Shown here piece by piece: positions 27,868-35,836 of a stretch of DNA of 64,000 nt (position 1 is the stretch's first letter; each line of letters begins with the position of its first letter). Made by a program: the position numbers and the translations under genes. The notes beneath the pieces are model-generated. The model did not search any database. It saw nothing but the letters and a program-made list of their open reading frames with translations, and was not told the origin of the DNA. The stretch comes from a bacterium. Lineage in GTDB: Bacteria > Armatimonadota > Fimbriimonadia > Fimbriimonadales > Fimbriimonadaceae. The DNA is taken from contig JAIXQR010000001.1 of NCBI GenBank assembly GCA_027485645.1, positions 363,632-427,631 of the forward strand, in the 5' to 3' direction.

Positions 27868-27885
27868 TAATATAACCTTATATCA
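27868..27885. promoter_or_regulatory. Palindromic operator candidate, LacI module 2
   Basis: TAATATA-ACCT-TATATCA (16/18 identical to site 1), same spacing to ATG; TTGGCA-16-TATAAC promoter overlaps it. Confidence 0.72.
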
Positions 27886-27888
27886 GCA

Positions 27889-28923
27889 ATGTCAAAGAGG
27901 ACATCTGTTACCTTGCGTGATGTCGCACTTGCGGCTGGAGTGAGTCCGATGTCGGTCTCGAAAGTGCTCCACGGCCGTGGCGTAAACGTCCGGATCGGCG
28001 CCGAGACGGCCGAAACTATTCGTCGAGTTGCAAAAGAACTCGAGTACCGGCCGAACGTCATCGCGCGCAACCTGCGATCGAAGCAGACCAACACCATCGG
28101 CCTCGTCTTCGACGAAACTCCGTTGTTCGGAGGAACCACCCGCTACTTCTCTGACCTCATGAACGGGGTTACCCGGGCCGCATTCTCCGAAGGCTACAGC
28201 GTGATGCTGTGTGACTCGCTGATCGGACCTAAAGACAGCAATCGACTTTCAGACGGCCGCTTCGACGGCCTGCTTTGGGTTCGAATGACGGCCGGACAAC
28301 AGATTCTTCAGGATGCATTCCGCCTGAACCTGCCGAGCCTGCTGTTCGCCGATGCTTCCCTCGTAACCGATCCTTCGACCTCCTTTATCGGCTGGGACAA
28401 CCAAGGAGCGGCCCGACAAGTCGCGGAACATTTATATTCTCTCGGTCATCGGAAAGTTGGATTCGTGATCGCTGAACACTCTATCGTCAATCCAGAAGCT
28501 CGCGTTCGAGCAGGACACTTCCGGGAGTCCTGGCTCCGCTGCGGCGGCAGCAACGATCAGGTCGAGACCCTGATTTGGGCGGCCAACGCGTCGGATTTTG
28601 AAGATTGGTACCCCAACCGCAAGGGTGTCACCGCTTTAGTTTCTTGGAGCGAGTCGGGTGCGATTTCCATTCTTGAGCGCGCCCGGGCATGTAACGTTCA
28701 AGTACCGGCCGATCTTTCCGTTGTTGGCTTTGACTCCTCCTCCCTTTGCGATCTCACCCAACCCAAGCTCACCGCCGCCCGCCAACCGGTTGAAGAGATG
28801 GCCGCAAAAGCCACTGAGTTTTTAATCCGCATGATCCATTCGTCAGATACGGATCCGTTGCACTTCGTCTTCCCCAGTAGCCTGGATATCCGGGAATCTA
28901 CTGCACGTCCGCCTCAACGCTGA
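27889..28923 (+). CDS. LacI family transcriptional regulator (copy 2)
   Basis: Same HTH 'RDVALAAGVSPMSVSKVLHGRGVNVR'; 'VVGFDSS', 'LTAARQP'. Confidence 0.96.
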   Translation: MSKRTSVTLRDVALAAGVSPMSVSKVLHGRGVNVRIGAETAETIRRVAKELEYRPNVIARNLRSKQTNTIGLVFDETPLFGGTTRYFSDLMNGVTRAAFSEGYSVMLCDSLIGPKDSNRLSDGRFDGLLWVRMTAGQQILQDAFRLNLPSLLFADASLVTDPSTSFIGWDNQGAARQVAEHLYSLGHRKVGFVIAEHSIVNPEARVRAGHFRESWLRCGGSNDQVETLIWAANASDFEDWYPNRKGVTALVSWSESGAISILERARACNVQVPADLSVVGFDSSSLCDLTQPKLTAARQPVEEMAAKATEFLIRMIHSSDTDPLHFVFPSSLDIRESTARPPQR

Positions 28924-28932
28924 GAGCACTGC

Positions 28933-29808
28933 ATGAAAAAAGCATTTACACTCATTGAACTTCTTGTAGTTATCGCGATCATTGCGATCCTTGCCGCTAT
29001 CCTCTTCCCAGTCTTCGCTCAGGCGAAGGAAGCTGCGAAGAAGACTCAGGACCTTTCCAACGCCAAGCAACACTCGCTCGGCATCATCTTGTACGCGACC
29101 GACAACGACGACACGTTCGCTCGTCAGGTCTACAAGCGACCAAACTCGGCTGTTTGGGGATGGAACACGCCATTCACTTGGCGAGAAGCCGTTCACCCAT
29201 ACATCAAGAGCGGTCAGCGAACCTACGCAGACGGTACCAACAGCATTCAGCTCGCGGAAGGCGGTCTTTGGGACACGCCAGCCAAGGTTGGAGCTCGAGG
29301 CGTTTACAACTCGAACCGAATCCTGATGCCAGGACACTGCTACTGGAACGCTACGGCCTCGACTTGGATGTGCGACTCCTCCGATGATGGAATTCGCAAC
29401 AACAACCCGGTCATGCCATCGGTCTCCGCGACCTCGCTGGACGCACCAGCGCAGATCACGACCGAGTGGACGGTCGGTGTCAATCCAGACTGGAACGCTT
29501 CCGGCGACTTCGCTGAAGTCTCTTGGTGGTGGTTCGGTGGAGCGCAGTTCCCACCAGTCTTCACGGGTACGACCTCGGGACAGAAGTGGGATGCGGACTC
29601 TAACGTGTTTCCAAACTGGTCCATGCCACGCTACCGCTACGCGGGTGGCTTGAACAACTCCTTCGCAGACGGACACGCAAAGTTTGTCAAGAAGGGCGCG
29701 TTCAACTGGTGCAGCATGGTCTACGTGAAGGGAATCACGTCGGATTACGGCGAGAACTGGGATTGGCTGTTCACGCCTGGAAACGCTTGCGCCGCTTTCG
29801 CACGATAA
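28933..29808 (+). CDS. Prepilin-type N-terminal cleavage/methylation protein with H-X9-DG-like C-terminus
   Basis: MKKA|FTLIE...; 'RYRYAGGLNNSFADGHAK'; Trp-rich variable middle. Confidence 0.92.
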   Translation: MKKAFTLIELLVVIAIIAILAAILFPVFAQAKEAAKKTQDLSNAKQHSLGIILYATDNDDTFARQVYKRPNSAVWGWNTPFTWREAVHPYIKSGQRTYADGTNSIQLAEGGLWDTPAKVGARGVYNSNRILMPGHCYWNATASTWMCDSSDDGIRNNNPVMPSVSATSLDAPAQITTEWTVGVNPDWNASGDFAEVSWWWFGGAQFPPVFTGTTSGQKWDADSNVFPNWSMPRYRYAGGLNNSFADGHAKFVKKGAFNWCSMVYVKGITSDYGENWDWLFTPGNACAAFAR

Positions 29809-29812
29809 TCGG

Positions 29813-30061
29813 ATGAAGAATCTTCTTCCGGTTCTTGTCGGGATCTTGCTCGTAGGCTGTTCTGGCTCGGACAATGGAGACGTCGAGGCAGCTAACAAAG
29901 CTGCCGCCGAAGCTCCAAAGTCAGCCGACCAGCTGCCTGCGGACATGTCTCCGGAAGCACGCAGAAGCGCCGAGGCTGCCATGAAGCAGTCTCAGGCAAT
30001 GCAACAGCAGATGGACTCTCAGGCTGCTGCAATGAAGAAAGCCCGCGAGAATTCGCGGTAG
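29813..30061 (+). CDS. Small Ala/Gln-rich lipoprotein
   Basis: Lipobox LVGC; 4 nt after the pilin stop. Confidence 0.78.
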   Translation: MKNLLPVLVGILLVGCSGSDNGDVEAANKAAAEAPKSADQLPADMSPEARRSAEAAMKQSQAMQQQMDSQAAAMKKARENSR

Positions 30062-30068
30062 AACGATC

Positions 30069-30091
30069 GGGTCACGCCTTCCGCGTGACCC
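30069..30091. other. 9-bp GC-rich hairpin without a U-tract inside the operon
   Basis: GGGTCACGC-cttcc-GCGTGACCC followed by AAAAA. Confidence 0.6.
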
Positions 30092-30100
30092 AAAAACCTC

Positions 30101-30487
30101 ATGAGAAAATTCCTCATTTTGGGTGCCGTTGCACTCGTCGCAATTGGCTGCCAGCCTTCTGACGATTACGTTGAGCCGGAGCGAAAGGTCGTTAGCTTTG
30201 AGGGCGAAACAGACAAACGCCTGGTTGGAGATTGGAAAACCTCCGATGGAAAGGGCGATTACAGCTTCAAGGAAGATGGAAACTTTTCTTTGAAGTCGAA
30301 GATTGGAACTCCCAGCGGCGTCATTGACTCAACGGTGAAAGGTCAATGGAAAGTTAAGAACGAACAACTTTTGATCAAGGATCAGAACGGCAACGTCGTT
30401 CCTTACAGTCTCAAAGTTGACGGGAAGTCAGTTACCCTTGCGCTCACCGGGTCACTTAAAAACGAAGTTACGCTGGTACGGAAGTAA
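30101..30487 (+). CDS. Hypothetical beta-rich lipoprotein (lipocalin-like)
   Basis: Lipobox AIGC; 'LVGDWKT...Y.FKEDG.F...GQWKVKNEQL'. Confidence 0.7.
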   Translation: MRKFLILGAVALVAIGCQPSDDYVEPERKVVSFEGETDKRLVGDWKTSDGKGDYSFKEDGNFSLKSKIGTPSGVIDSTVKGQWKVKNEQLLIKDQNGNVVPYSLKVDGKSVTLALTGSLKNEVTLVRK

Positions 30488-30494
30488 AAAGATT

Positions 30495-30524
30495 TAGGCT
30501 CCTCCAGTGGAGGAGCCTATTTTT
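30495..30524. terminator. Intrinsic (probably bidirectional) terminator between convergent genes
   Basis: 11-bp stem TAGGCTCCTCC/GGAGGAGCCTA, T-run after it and A-run shortly before it. Confidence 0.85.
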
Positions 30525-30526
30525 GT

Positions 30527-31783
30527 TTACTGCAGTCGTGACGCGTTCGATGTGTCTTCCCAAGGGAACTTAGAGTGACCGAAGTGGCCGTTTTCGGCGG
30601 TCATGTGGTAGTTCCAGCCACCCTCTGGCGCATCCCCGATCGCGACCTTGCCTTCGCTCTTCAGCTTCGCCAGACCAGGCGAAAGGGCGCCGGCGGTTGG
30701 CTTGAGCAAGCTCAAGAGCTCGATAATGCCAGAAGGCGTCAGGTCGTAGGCTTCTCGTACTCGGCGAGAAATTTCCGCTGGATCGACGGTCTCGGTTCCG
30801 AAAGTCTCGATGTTGATGGCAACTGGCTCCGCAACGCCAATGGCGTAAGCCAACTGAACCACGCAGCGGTCGGCAAGTCCAGCAACGACAACGTTCTTTG
30901 CGATGTATCGCGCGACGTACGCAGCTGATCGGTCAACCTTCGTGGGATCCTTGCCGCTAAATGCTCCACCGCCGTGCGGGGCCATGCCGCCGTAGGTGTC
31001 GACGATGATCTTTCGTCCGGTAACCCCGGTATCGCCCTGTGGGCCGCCGATTACGAACTTGCCCGTTGGGTTGATGTGCATGATCGGATCGCCATCAACG
31101 TAGTTGGCGAACTGGGCAAGCACCGGGTTGATAATGCGCTCGCGTACCATTGCCTGAACTTCCGGCAATCGGAGCTTCTCAACGTGCTGGTGGGACAGCA
31201 CGACAGTGTTGACTCGAACTGGCTTTCCGTCTTCCGAATATTCGACCGAAACCTGGCTCTTGGCATCGGGAAGAAGCAGCGCATCCTTGTGCAGTGGATC
31301 GATTTCCTTGCGGACCTTGACCGATTGAGCCGTAAGTGCGTGGGCAATCGCGAGCGGCAAAGGCATCAGCGATTCGGTTTCTCGGGTTGCGTAGCCGAAC
31401 ATCATGCCCTGGTCGCCGGCACCGATCTTCTGCTGCGAATTCGTGCTGGAGTCCACGCCAAGCGCGATGTCTGCGCTTTGCTCCTGAATCGCAACCATAA
31501 CGCCGCAAGTGCGTCCATCGAAGCCGTAATCGGTGTGCACGTACCCGGTGTTCGCGATCGTTTCGCGAACCACTTCGGCAACGTCGACGTAGCTTTCGGT
31601 TCGAACTTCGCCTGCAACCACCGCGAGACCGCGAGTCAACAGGGTTTCGATGGCTACGCGCGTGGTGCCACGGTATTGCTCGGGTTCGAGCGCCAAAAAT
31701 GCATCAAGTAGGGCGTCCGAAATTTGGTCAGCGAGCTTATCTGGGTGGCCAACGCTAACGCTTTCGGAGGTGTAAATCTTCAT
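30527..31783 (-). CDS. metK: S-adenosylmethionine synthetase
   Basis: 'SESVSVGHPDK', 'GAGDQG', 'GGPQGDTGVTGRKI', 'GGAFSGKDPTKVDRS'. Confidence 0.98.
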   Translation of the reverse strand: MKIYTSESVSVGHPDKLADQISDALLDAFLALEPEQYRGTTRVAIETLLTRGLAVVAGEVRTESYVDVAEVVRETIANTGYVHTDYGFDGRTCGVMVAIQEQSADIALGVDSSTNSQQKIGAGDQGMMFGYATRETESLMPLPLAIAHALTAQSVKVRKEIDPLHKDALLLPDAKSQVSVEYSEDGKPVRVNTVVLSHQHVEKLRLPEVQAMVRERIINPVLAQFANYVDGDPIMHINPTGKFVIGGPQGDTGVTGRKIIVDTYGGMAPHGGGAFSGKDPTKVDRSAAYVARYIAKNVVVAGLADRCVVQLAYAIGVAEPVAINIETFGTETVDPAEISRRVREAYDLTPSGIIELLSLLKPTAGALSPGLAKLKSEGKVAIGDAPEGGWNYHMTAENGHFGHSKFPWEDTSNASRLQ

Positions 31784-31881
31784 TTCTTCACCGAAAGGGT
31801 ACCCGTGCAGTGCGAAAAATCAGGAATCCTGAAAGAAGATACTGGGACCGCAAAGCGAAAGCAAAGAAAATTTTGCGGTGC

Positions 31882-31912
31882 CGGGAGTTGGGCTCGACGA
31901 AACCAACTCCCG
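31882..31912 (-). terminator. Hairpin downstream of the stalk-domain gene, probable terminator
   Basis: Perfect 10-bp stem CGGGAGTTGG/CCAACTCCCG; the U-rich tract is offset by about 10 nt. Confidence 0.55.
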
Positions 31913-31922
31913 AACGGCCGAA

Positions 31923-33080
31923 TTATCGAACTTGGATTCGATTTTCGGTGAGAGCTTGGAAGACCTTCACCGGAATGAAGACGATTCCGTTTCGGTCTAC
32001 CGAAATCGTCGACAGGCTCTGTCGGTCACCGTTGATGCGGAACCAAATATTGCCCTTGTCGTACTGAGCCTCTCGGCCGCGCCAGCGAATCCACATTCTT
32101 TTGCCGTCGTCGGTTCGCTCGAAGCTCGCTCCGATTCGGCTGGCCAATGCTCGAGCTGGCACAAGCAAAGTGGACCCTTTCACGATTGGGCGCTCATCGC
32201 CTAGGAAAGTAACGCTCCGGCCATCGTAATACAGCTCCTGAGAGTTGTTTGAATATTCGTCGTTGTAGCTGCCGCCGCTACCGCCAAACAGCCCACCGCC
32301 GCTGCCTCCGCTCGTGGAAAGGTCTCGACCCGCCAGAGCTTGGAAGATTTCGATGGGAACGAACAGAACGCCGTCTCGTTCCTGACTCGAGGTTCGGAGA
32401 GATCGTCGTTCGTCGTTCAGGCGGAAGTAGTTCGCACCCTTCACGTATTCAACTCGGTCGTAGTCCTTCCAAACCGAGATCGTGCGTCCGTCGCTGGAAC
32501 GATCGGTGTTGTAGCCCAGTCGGTCGCCCATGGCTCGGAATGGAACCTGAACCGTACCGTTACTTCGGAATGGCCGTTCGTTTCCGGAGAAGGAAAGCGG
32601 TCGTCCGTTGTAATAGACCGATGCGGAACCGTTGTTCGAGTTGTTATTGCCGCTGCCACCGAATAGGCCGCCGTCGCTACCGGAATTCCCGTTGTTGCGG
32701 TACGAAACCGCGCCACCCGTGAGCAGTTCGAAGAACCGAACCGGAATGAAAAGCACATCGTTCCGTTCGCGAGCCGGTCGATTGATCTTGTTGATCCGGC
32801 CCTCGAGAATCATCTCGTTCGTTCCCTTGCGGTACTGGCCAATCTTGTTGCGCCAAGTCACCCGAATGGTTTCTCCAGATTCGGATCGCTCGAATCGTGC
32901 CCCGATTCGGTCCGACATCGCGCGGAACGGCACGAAGGTCACGTTTGATTCGACGAACGAGCGCTCATCTCCAGAGAACGTGACTCGATCTCCGTTGTAG
33001 TAGACGTTCTGGGCAAAGCTTGAAGCAGTCAGCGCACCAGCAAAAACCATCACAGCGGTGTGAATTCCAAATTTCTTCAT
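31923..33080 (-). CDS. Secreted protein with three copper amine oxidase N-terminal (stalk) domains
   Basis: Three repeats 'YY.G..V.F.G.ERP.......VP.R.....G...R.......I.....Y.KG........R.......R.G.LFIP...F..L' with G/S/N linkers. Confidence 0.8.
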   Translation of the reverse strand: MKKFGIHTAVMVFAGALTASSFAQNVYYNGDRVTFSGDERSFVESNVTFVPFRAMSDRIGARFERSESGETIRVTWRNKIGQYRKGTNEMILEGRINKINRPARERNDVLFIPVRFFELLTGGAVSYRNNGNSGSDGGLFGGSGNNNSNNGSASVYYNGRPLSFSGNERPFRSNGTVQVPFRAMGDRLGYNTDRSSDGRTISVWKDYDRVEYVKGANYFRLNDERRSLRTSSQERDGVLFVPIEIFQALAGRDLSTSGGSGGGLFGGSGGSYNDEYSNNSQELYYDGRSVTFLGDERPIVKGSTLLVPARALASRIGASFERTDDGKRMWIRWRGREAQYDKGNIWFRINGDRQSLSTISVDRNGIVFIPVKVFQALTENRIQVR

Positions 33081-33112
33081 AACGTTCTTTAGAACCTTAA
33101 GCGACTTTACCG

Positions 33113-33811
33113 TTACTCCCGGTCAAACCAACGATCCATCGGGGTTTGATTGGTGTAGAACTGAGACAGTTTCTTTTTCGAAGCGTGAGTATCGAGCCAA
33201 GTCACGGTCGCTTGCTCAAAGTGGACCGGGTCGGGGCGTCCCCAGCAGTCGGCGGTTGGCCAACTCGGCGGCAGCATCAGCTTGCCGTCATCACCACAAA
33301 AACTGGTCTCCGGAAACAGGCTGCTTCTTGCCGAGGAGAAGAGTACGGACTCACTCGGGGCGGCAAAGTCCGACGGGCTAAATGCCGTGTGGTCGTTGGC
33401 GTTAGAAAAGTCGATTGAGAACGTGGTGATGTAGCCCACGTTGTAGCCAAAGTGGCTCGTGATCGCGCCGGTGGTGTCGGTCTCCTTCACCTGGCTGCCG
33501 GGGCAGTGCCAAATCTGCTTATTCTTCACGTACGGATCGGTGAGATCGTGCCAGAGCAGGAAGGCGGTATCGGTGCCATACGCGGCCAGCGCAAATCGGT
33601 CGTCGTAATCCTGCTGGTAAAGCACCATTGCCAGCCCCAGGTTTCGCTCGTTCGACATGCACTGCGTCTGCTTAGCACTCTGTTTCGCCTGGGCAAAAAC
33701 GGGAAACAGGATCGCCGCAAGGATGGCGATGATGGCAATGACAACGAGGAGTTCGATCAAAGTGAACGCCCCGGATCGCTTGATCCGAGGCGTTGGTGCG
33801 CTGAGTATCAC
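33113..33811 (-). CDS. Prepilin-type N-terminal cleavage/methylation protein (DUF1559-like), last gene of the sugar ABC operon
   Basis: 'GA|[13 protein letters not shown]...[12 protein letters not shown]...Y.QDYD'; 'H-x9-DTH' variant. Confidence 0.9.
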   Translation of the reverse strand: MILSAPTPRIKRSGAFTLIELLVVIAIIAILAAILFPVFAQAKQSAKQTQCMSNERNLGLAMVLYQQDYDDRFALAAYGTDTAFLLWHDLTDPYVKNKQIWHCPGSQVKETDTTGAITSHFGYNVGYITTFSIDFSNANDHTAFSPSDFAAPSESVLFSSARSSLFPETSFCGDDGKLMLPPSWPTADCWGRPDPVHFEQATVTWLDTHASKKKLSQFYTNQTPMDRWFDRE

Positions 33812-33814
33812 TTC

Positions 33815-34822
33815 TTAATAGACGCTGTCTGGGAAGTAGTAGTTCTTCGCGTTCTCAGGAGTTACGAGTTCAACGTCAAGCAGGATGTGCTTTGGCATGA
33901 ACTGGCTTCGCTCTTTGGCCTTTCCGTCTCGGAGCGATGCTGCCGCAAGGTGCATTCCAACCGCGATCATCGACGGTGGGTAGGTGATGTCGGCAGGGAA
34001 CAGTGGGTCCTTGTCCATCACTCGCTTGATGACGTCCTTCATGCCGGCGCCGCCGAGCATCCAAACGTTCTTGCGATTTGCTTCCTTGAGGGCCTGTTCG
34101 GCGCCAAGGGCCATGTCATCGTCGCTCGCCCAAATCGCATCGATTTCGGCGTGCTTCAGCAACATGCTCTGGGTGACGTTGAGGGCCTTTTCTTTGCTCC
34201 AGTTTCCGGCCTGCGAGTCGAGAATGCTGATTCCTGGGAATCGCTTCATCACTTCGCGGAATCCGGCAACGCGGTCGCTGTTGACCGTGCTTGGGATGCC
34301 TTCGAGAATGACGATCTTGCCCTTGCCGCCAAGCTTTTCGGCCATGAATTCGGCGGACTTTCGACCAAAGGCCTTGTTGTCGCCTTCAACAAAAATGTCT
34401 GCAACTGGCTCCAAGAAGCCGCGGTCAACGTTCACGAGGAAGATTCCTTTCTCGTGGACCTGCTTTGCAACCGGCGTTAGCGGAGCGGACTCGGTGGCCA
34501 GGACAACCATTCCGTCCAAGCCTTCCAGCATCATCGTTTCGATGTCCTTGATCTGCTTGTCTGGGTTCTGAGCGGTCGCAATCTTCCACTCAACATCTGG
34601 GTAGAGAGCCTTGGCTTGCTCGGCCCAATAGCCAACGCCCGCCGTCCAGCCATGGTCGGCGGCTGGAATCGAAACGCCGATCTTCAGCTTCTTGCCGGTT
34701 GATGCTGCTGGAGCCTCTGTTCCGCCGGTCGAAGAAGCCGCGTCTTTGGTGGCCGTTGGGGTGCACCCGAAAAGCGCGCCGAGAAGGCCGGCTGCCACAA
34801 GAATTTTTGTTGTTAACTTCAT
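33815..34822 (-). CDS. Monosaccharide ABC transporter substrate-binding lipoprotein (RbsB-like)
   Basis: Lipobox LFGC; 'VNVDR', 'GDNKAFGR', 'DDDMALGA'. Confidence 0.9.
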   Translation of the reverse strand: MKLTTKILVAAGLLGALFGCTPTATKDAASSTGGTEAPAASTGKKLKIGVSIPAADHGWTAGVGYWAEQAKALYPDVEWKIATAQNPDKQIKDIETMMLEGLDGMVVLATESAPLTPVAKQVHEKGIFLVNVDRGFLEPVADIFVEGDNKAFGRKSAEFMAEKLGGKGKIVILEGIPSTVNSDRVAGFREVMKRFPGISILDSQAGNWSKEKALNVTQSMLLKHAEIDAIWASDDDMALGAEQALKEANRKNVWMLGGAGMKDVIKRVMDKDPLFPADITYPPSMIAVGMHLAAASLRDGKAKERSQFMPKHILLDVELVTPENAKNYYFPDSVY

Positions 34823-34833
34823 AGTTAGTTCCG

Positions 34834-35835
34834 TTAGTCGCTTCGACCGCGCTGAATGAGCACGGCAAGCAAGATGATAACTCCCTTGACGAATCCTTGC
34901 CAGTAGACGGATACGTCAGAGGCGGTGAGAATGTTCGTGATGATGCCGAGCATGAGAACGCCAAACACCGTTCCGGTGATGCGGGCATAGCCGCCACTCA
35001 TGCGCGCCCCGCCAATCACGACGGCGGCGATAGCATCCAACTCGGCGTTGTTGCCCAACTGGCCCGAGGTGACGCTATTCATTCGCGAACTGACGCAGAG
35101 GGAAGCGATTCCCGCACAAAGCCCGACGATCACGTACGTCCACAGCTTGATTCGATTCGTGTTGATGGCCGAATACTTGGCAGCCAACTCGTTCGCGCCG
35201 ACGGCGATGCAGTAACGGCCAAACGGCGTTCGGTTCAGCACAAAGCCAATGACTCCGGCCATCACGAAGAAGATGAAAATCGGCCACTGGACAACCAGCG
35301 GTGTGGTGACCCAGAACGGCAAGGCCGGAATGGTCAATCCGTCTTGGCCCAGCGCGGCAAAAGTGCTTCCGAACGCGCGAACTTCGCCGCCATCCGCAAA
35401 GGCTTGGGCCATCGAGCGGAATCCGACAAGCCCAGCCAGGGTGACGATGAAGGGGGCAATTTTGCCGTGCGTCACGAGCAGGCCGTTAATGAATCCCACA
35501 ACTCCGCCGATGGCAATACAGCTGGCAGCGGCAATCCATATTCCTTTGGGATCGGCCGCATTGGTTCCGAGGGCTTGGTTCATCCACTGAACGCCGAGCA
35601 CCCCGGCAAGGGCCATGAGCGAACCGACACTCAGGTCAATTCCGCCTGCGACAATGACGAGGGTCATGCCGAGGGCGAGAATTCCGACACTCGCGTTCTG
35701 GTTCAGGATGTTCCGAATCGACTCTGGCTGAAGGAAGATTCCCGGCTTCCAGAGCGCGCTGCCGATAAACAGGATGAGGAAGGCGAACAAGGCGCCATTG
35801 CGCTCAACCGTAGATTTCATGGACTGGGTGTTCAT
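34834..35835 (-). CDS. Monosaccharide ABC transporter permease (RbsC-like)
   Basis: 'GGIDLSVGS', 'PFIVTL', 'FGRYCIAVGAN', 'ELDAIAAVVIGG'. Confidence 0.93.
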   Translation of the reverse strand: MNTQSMKSTVERNGALFAFLILFIGSALWKPGIFLQPESIRNILNQNASVGILALGMTLVIVAGGIDLSVGSLMALAGVLGVQWMNQALGTNAADPKGIWIAAASCIAIGGVVGFINGLLVTHGKIAPFIVTLAGLVGFRSMAQAFADGGEVRAFGSTFAALGQDGLTIPALPFWVTTPLVVQWPIFIFFVMAGVIGFVLNRTPFGRYCIAVGANELAAKYSAINTNRIKLWTYVIVGLCAGIASLCVSSRMNSVTSGQLGNNAELDAIAAVVIGGARMSGGYARITGTVFGVLMLGIITNILTASDVSVYWQGFVKGVIILLAVLIQRGRSD

Positions 35836-35836
35836 C

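Larger units (their letters stand above)
25565..30061 (+). repeat. Tandem duplication (2303-bp offset) of operator-LacI-pilin-like-lipoprotein module
   Basis: LacI starts 25586/27889 and pilin starts 26630/28933 are both offset by exactly 2303; both LacIs are 344 aa; near-identical DNA at the HTH and at the LacI/pilin junction. Confidence 0.9.

Noticed and set aside
31784-31922. SAM riboswitch upstream of metK
   Set aside because: I could not find the conserved SAM-I/II/IV core sequences; only generic stems are present.
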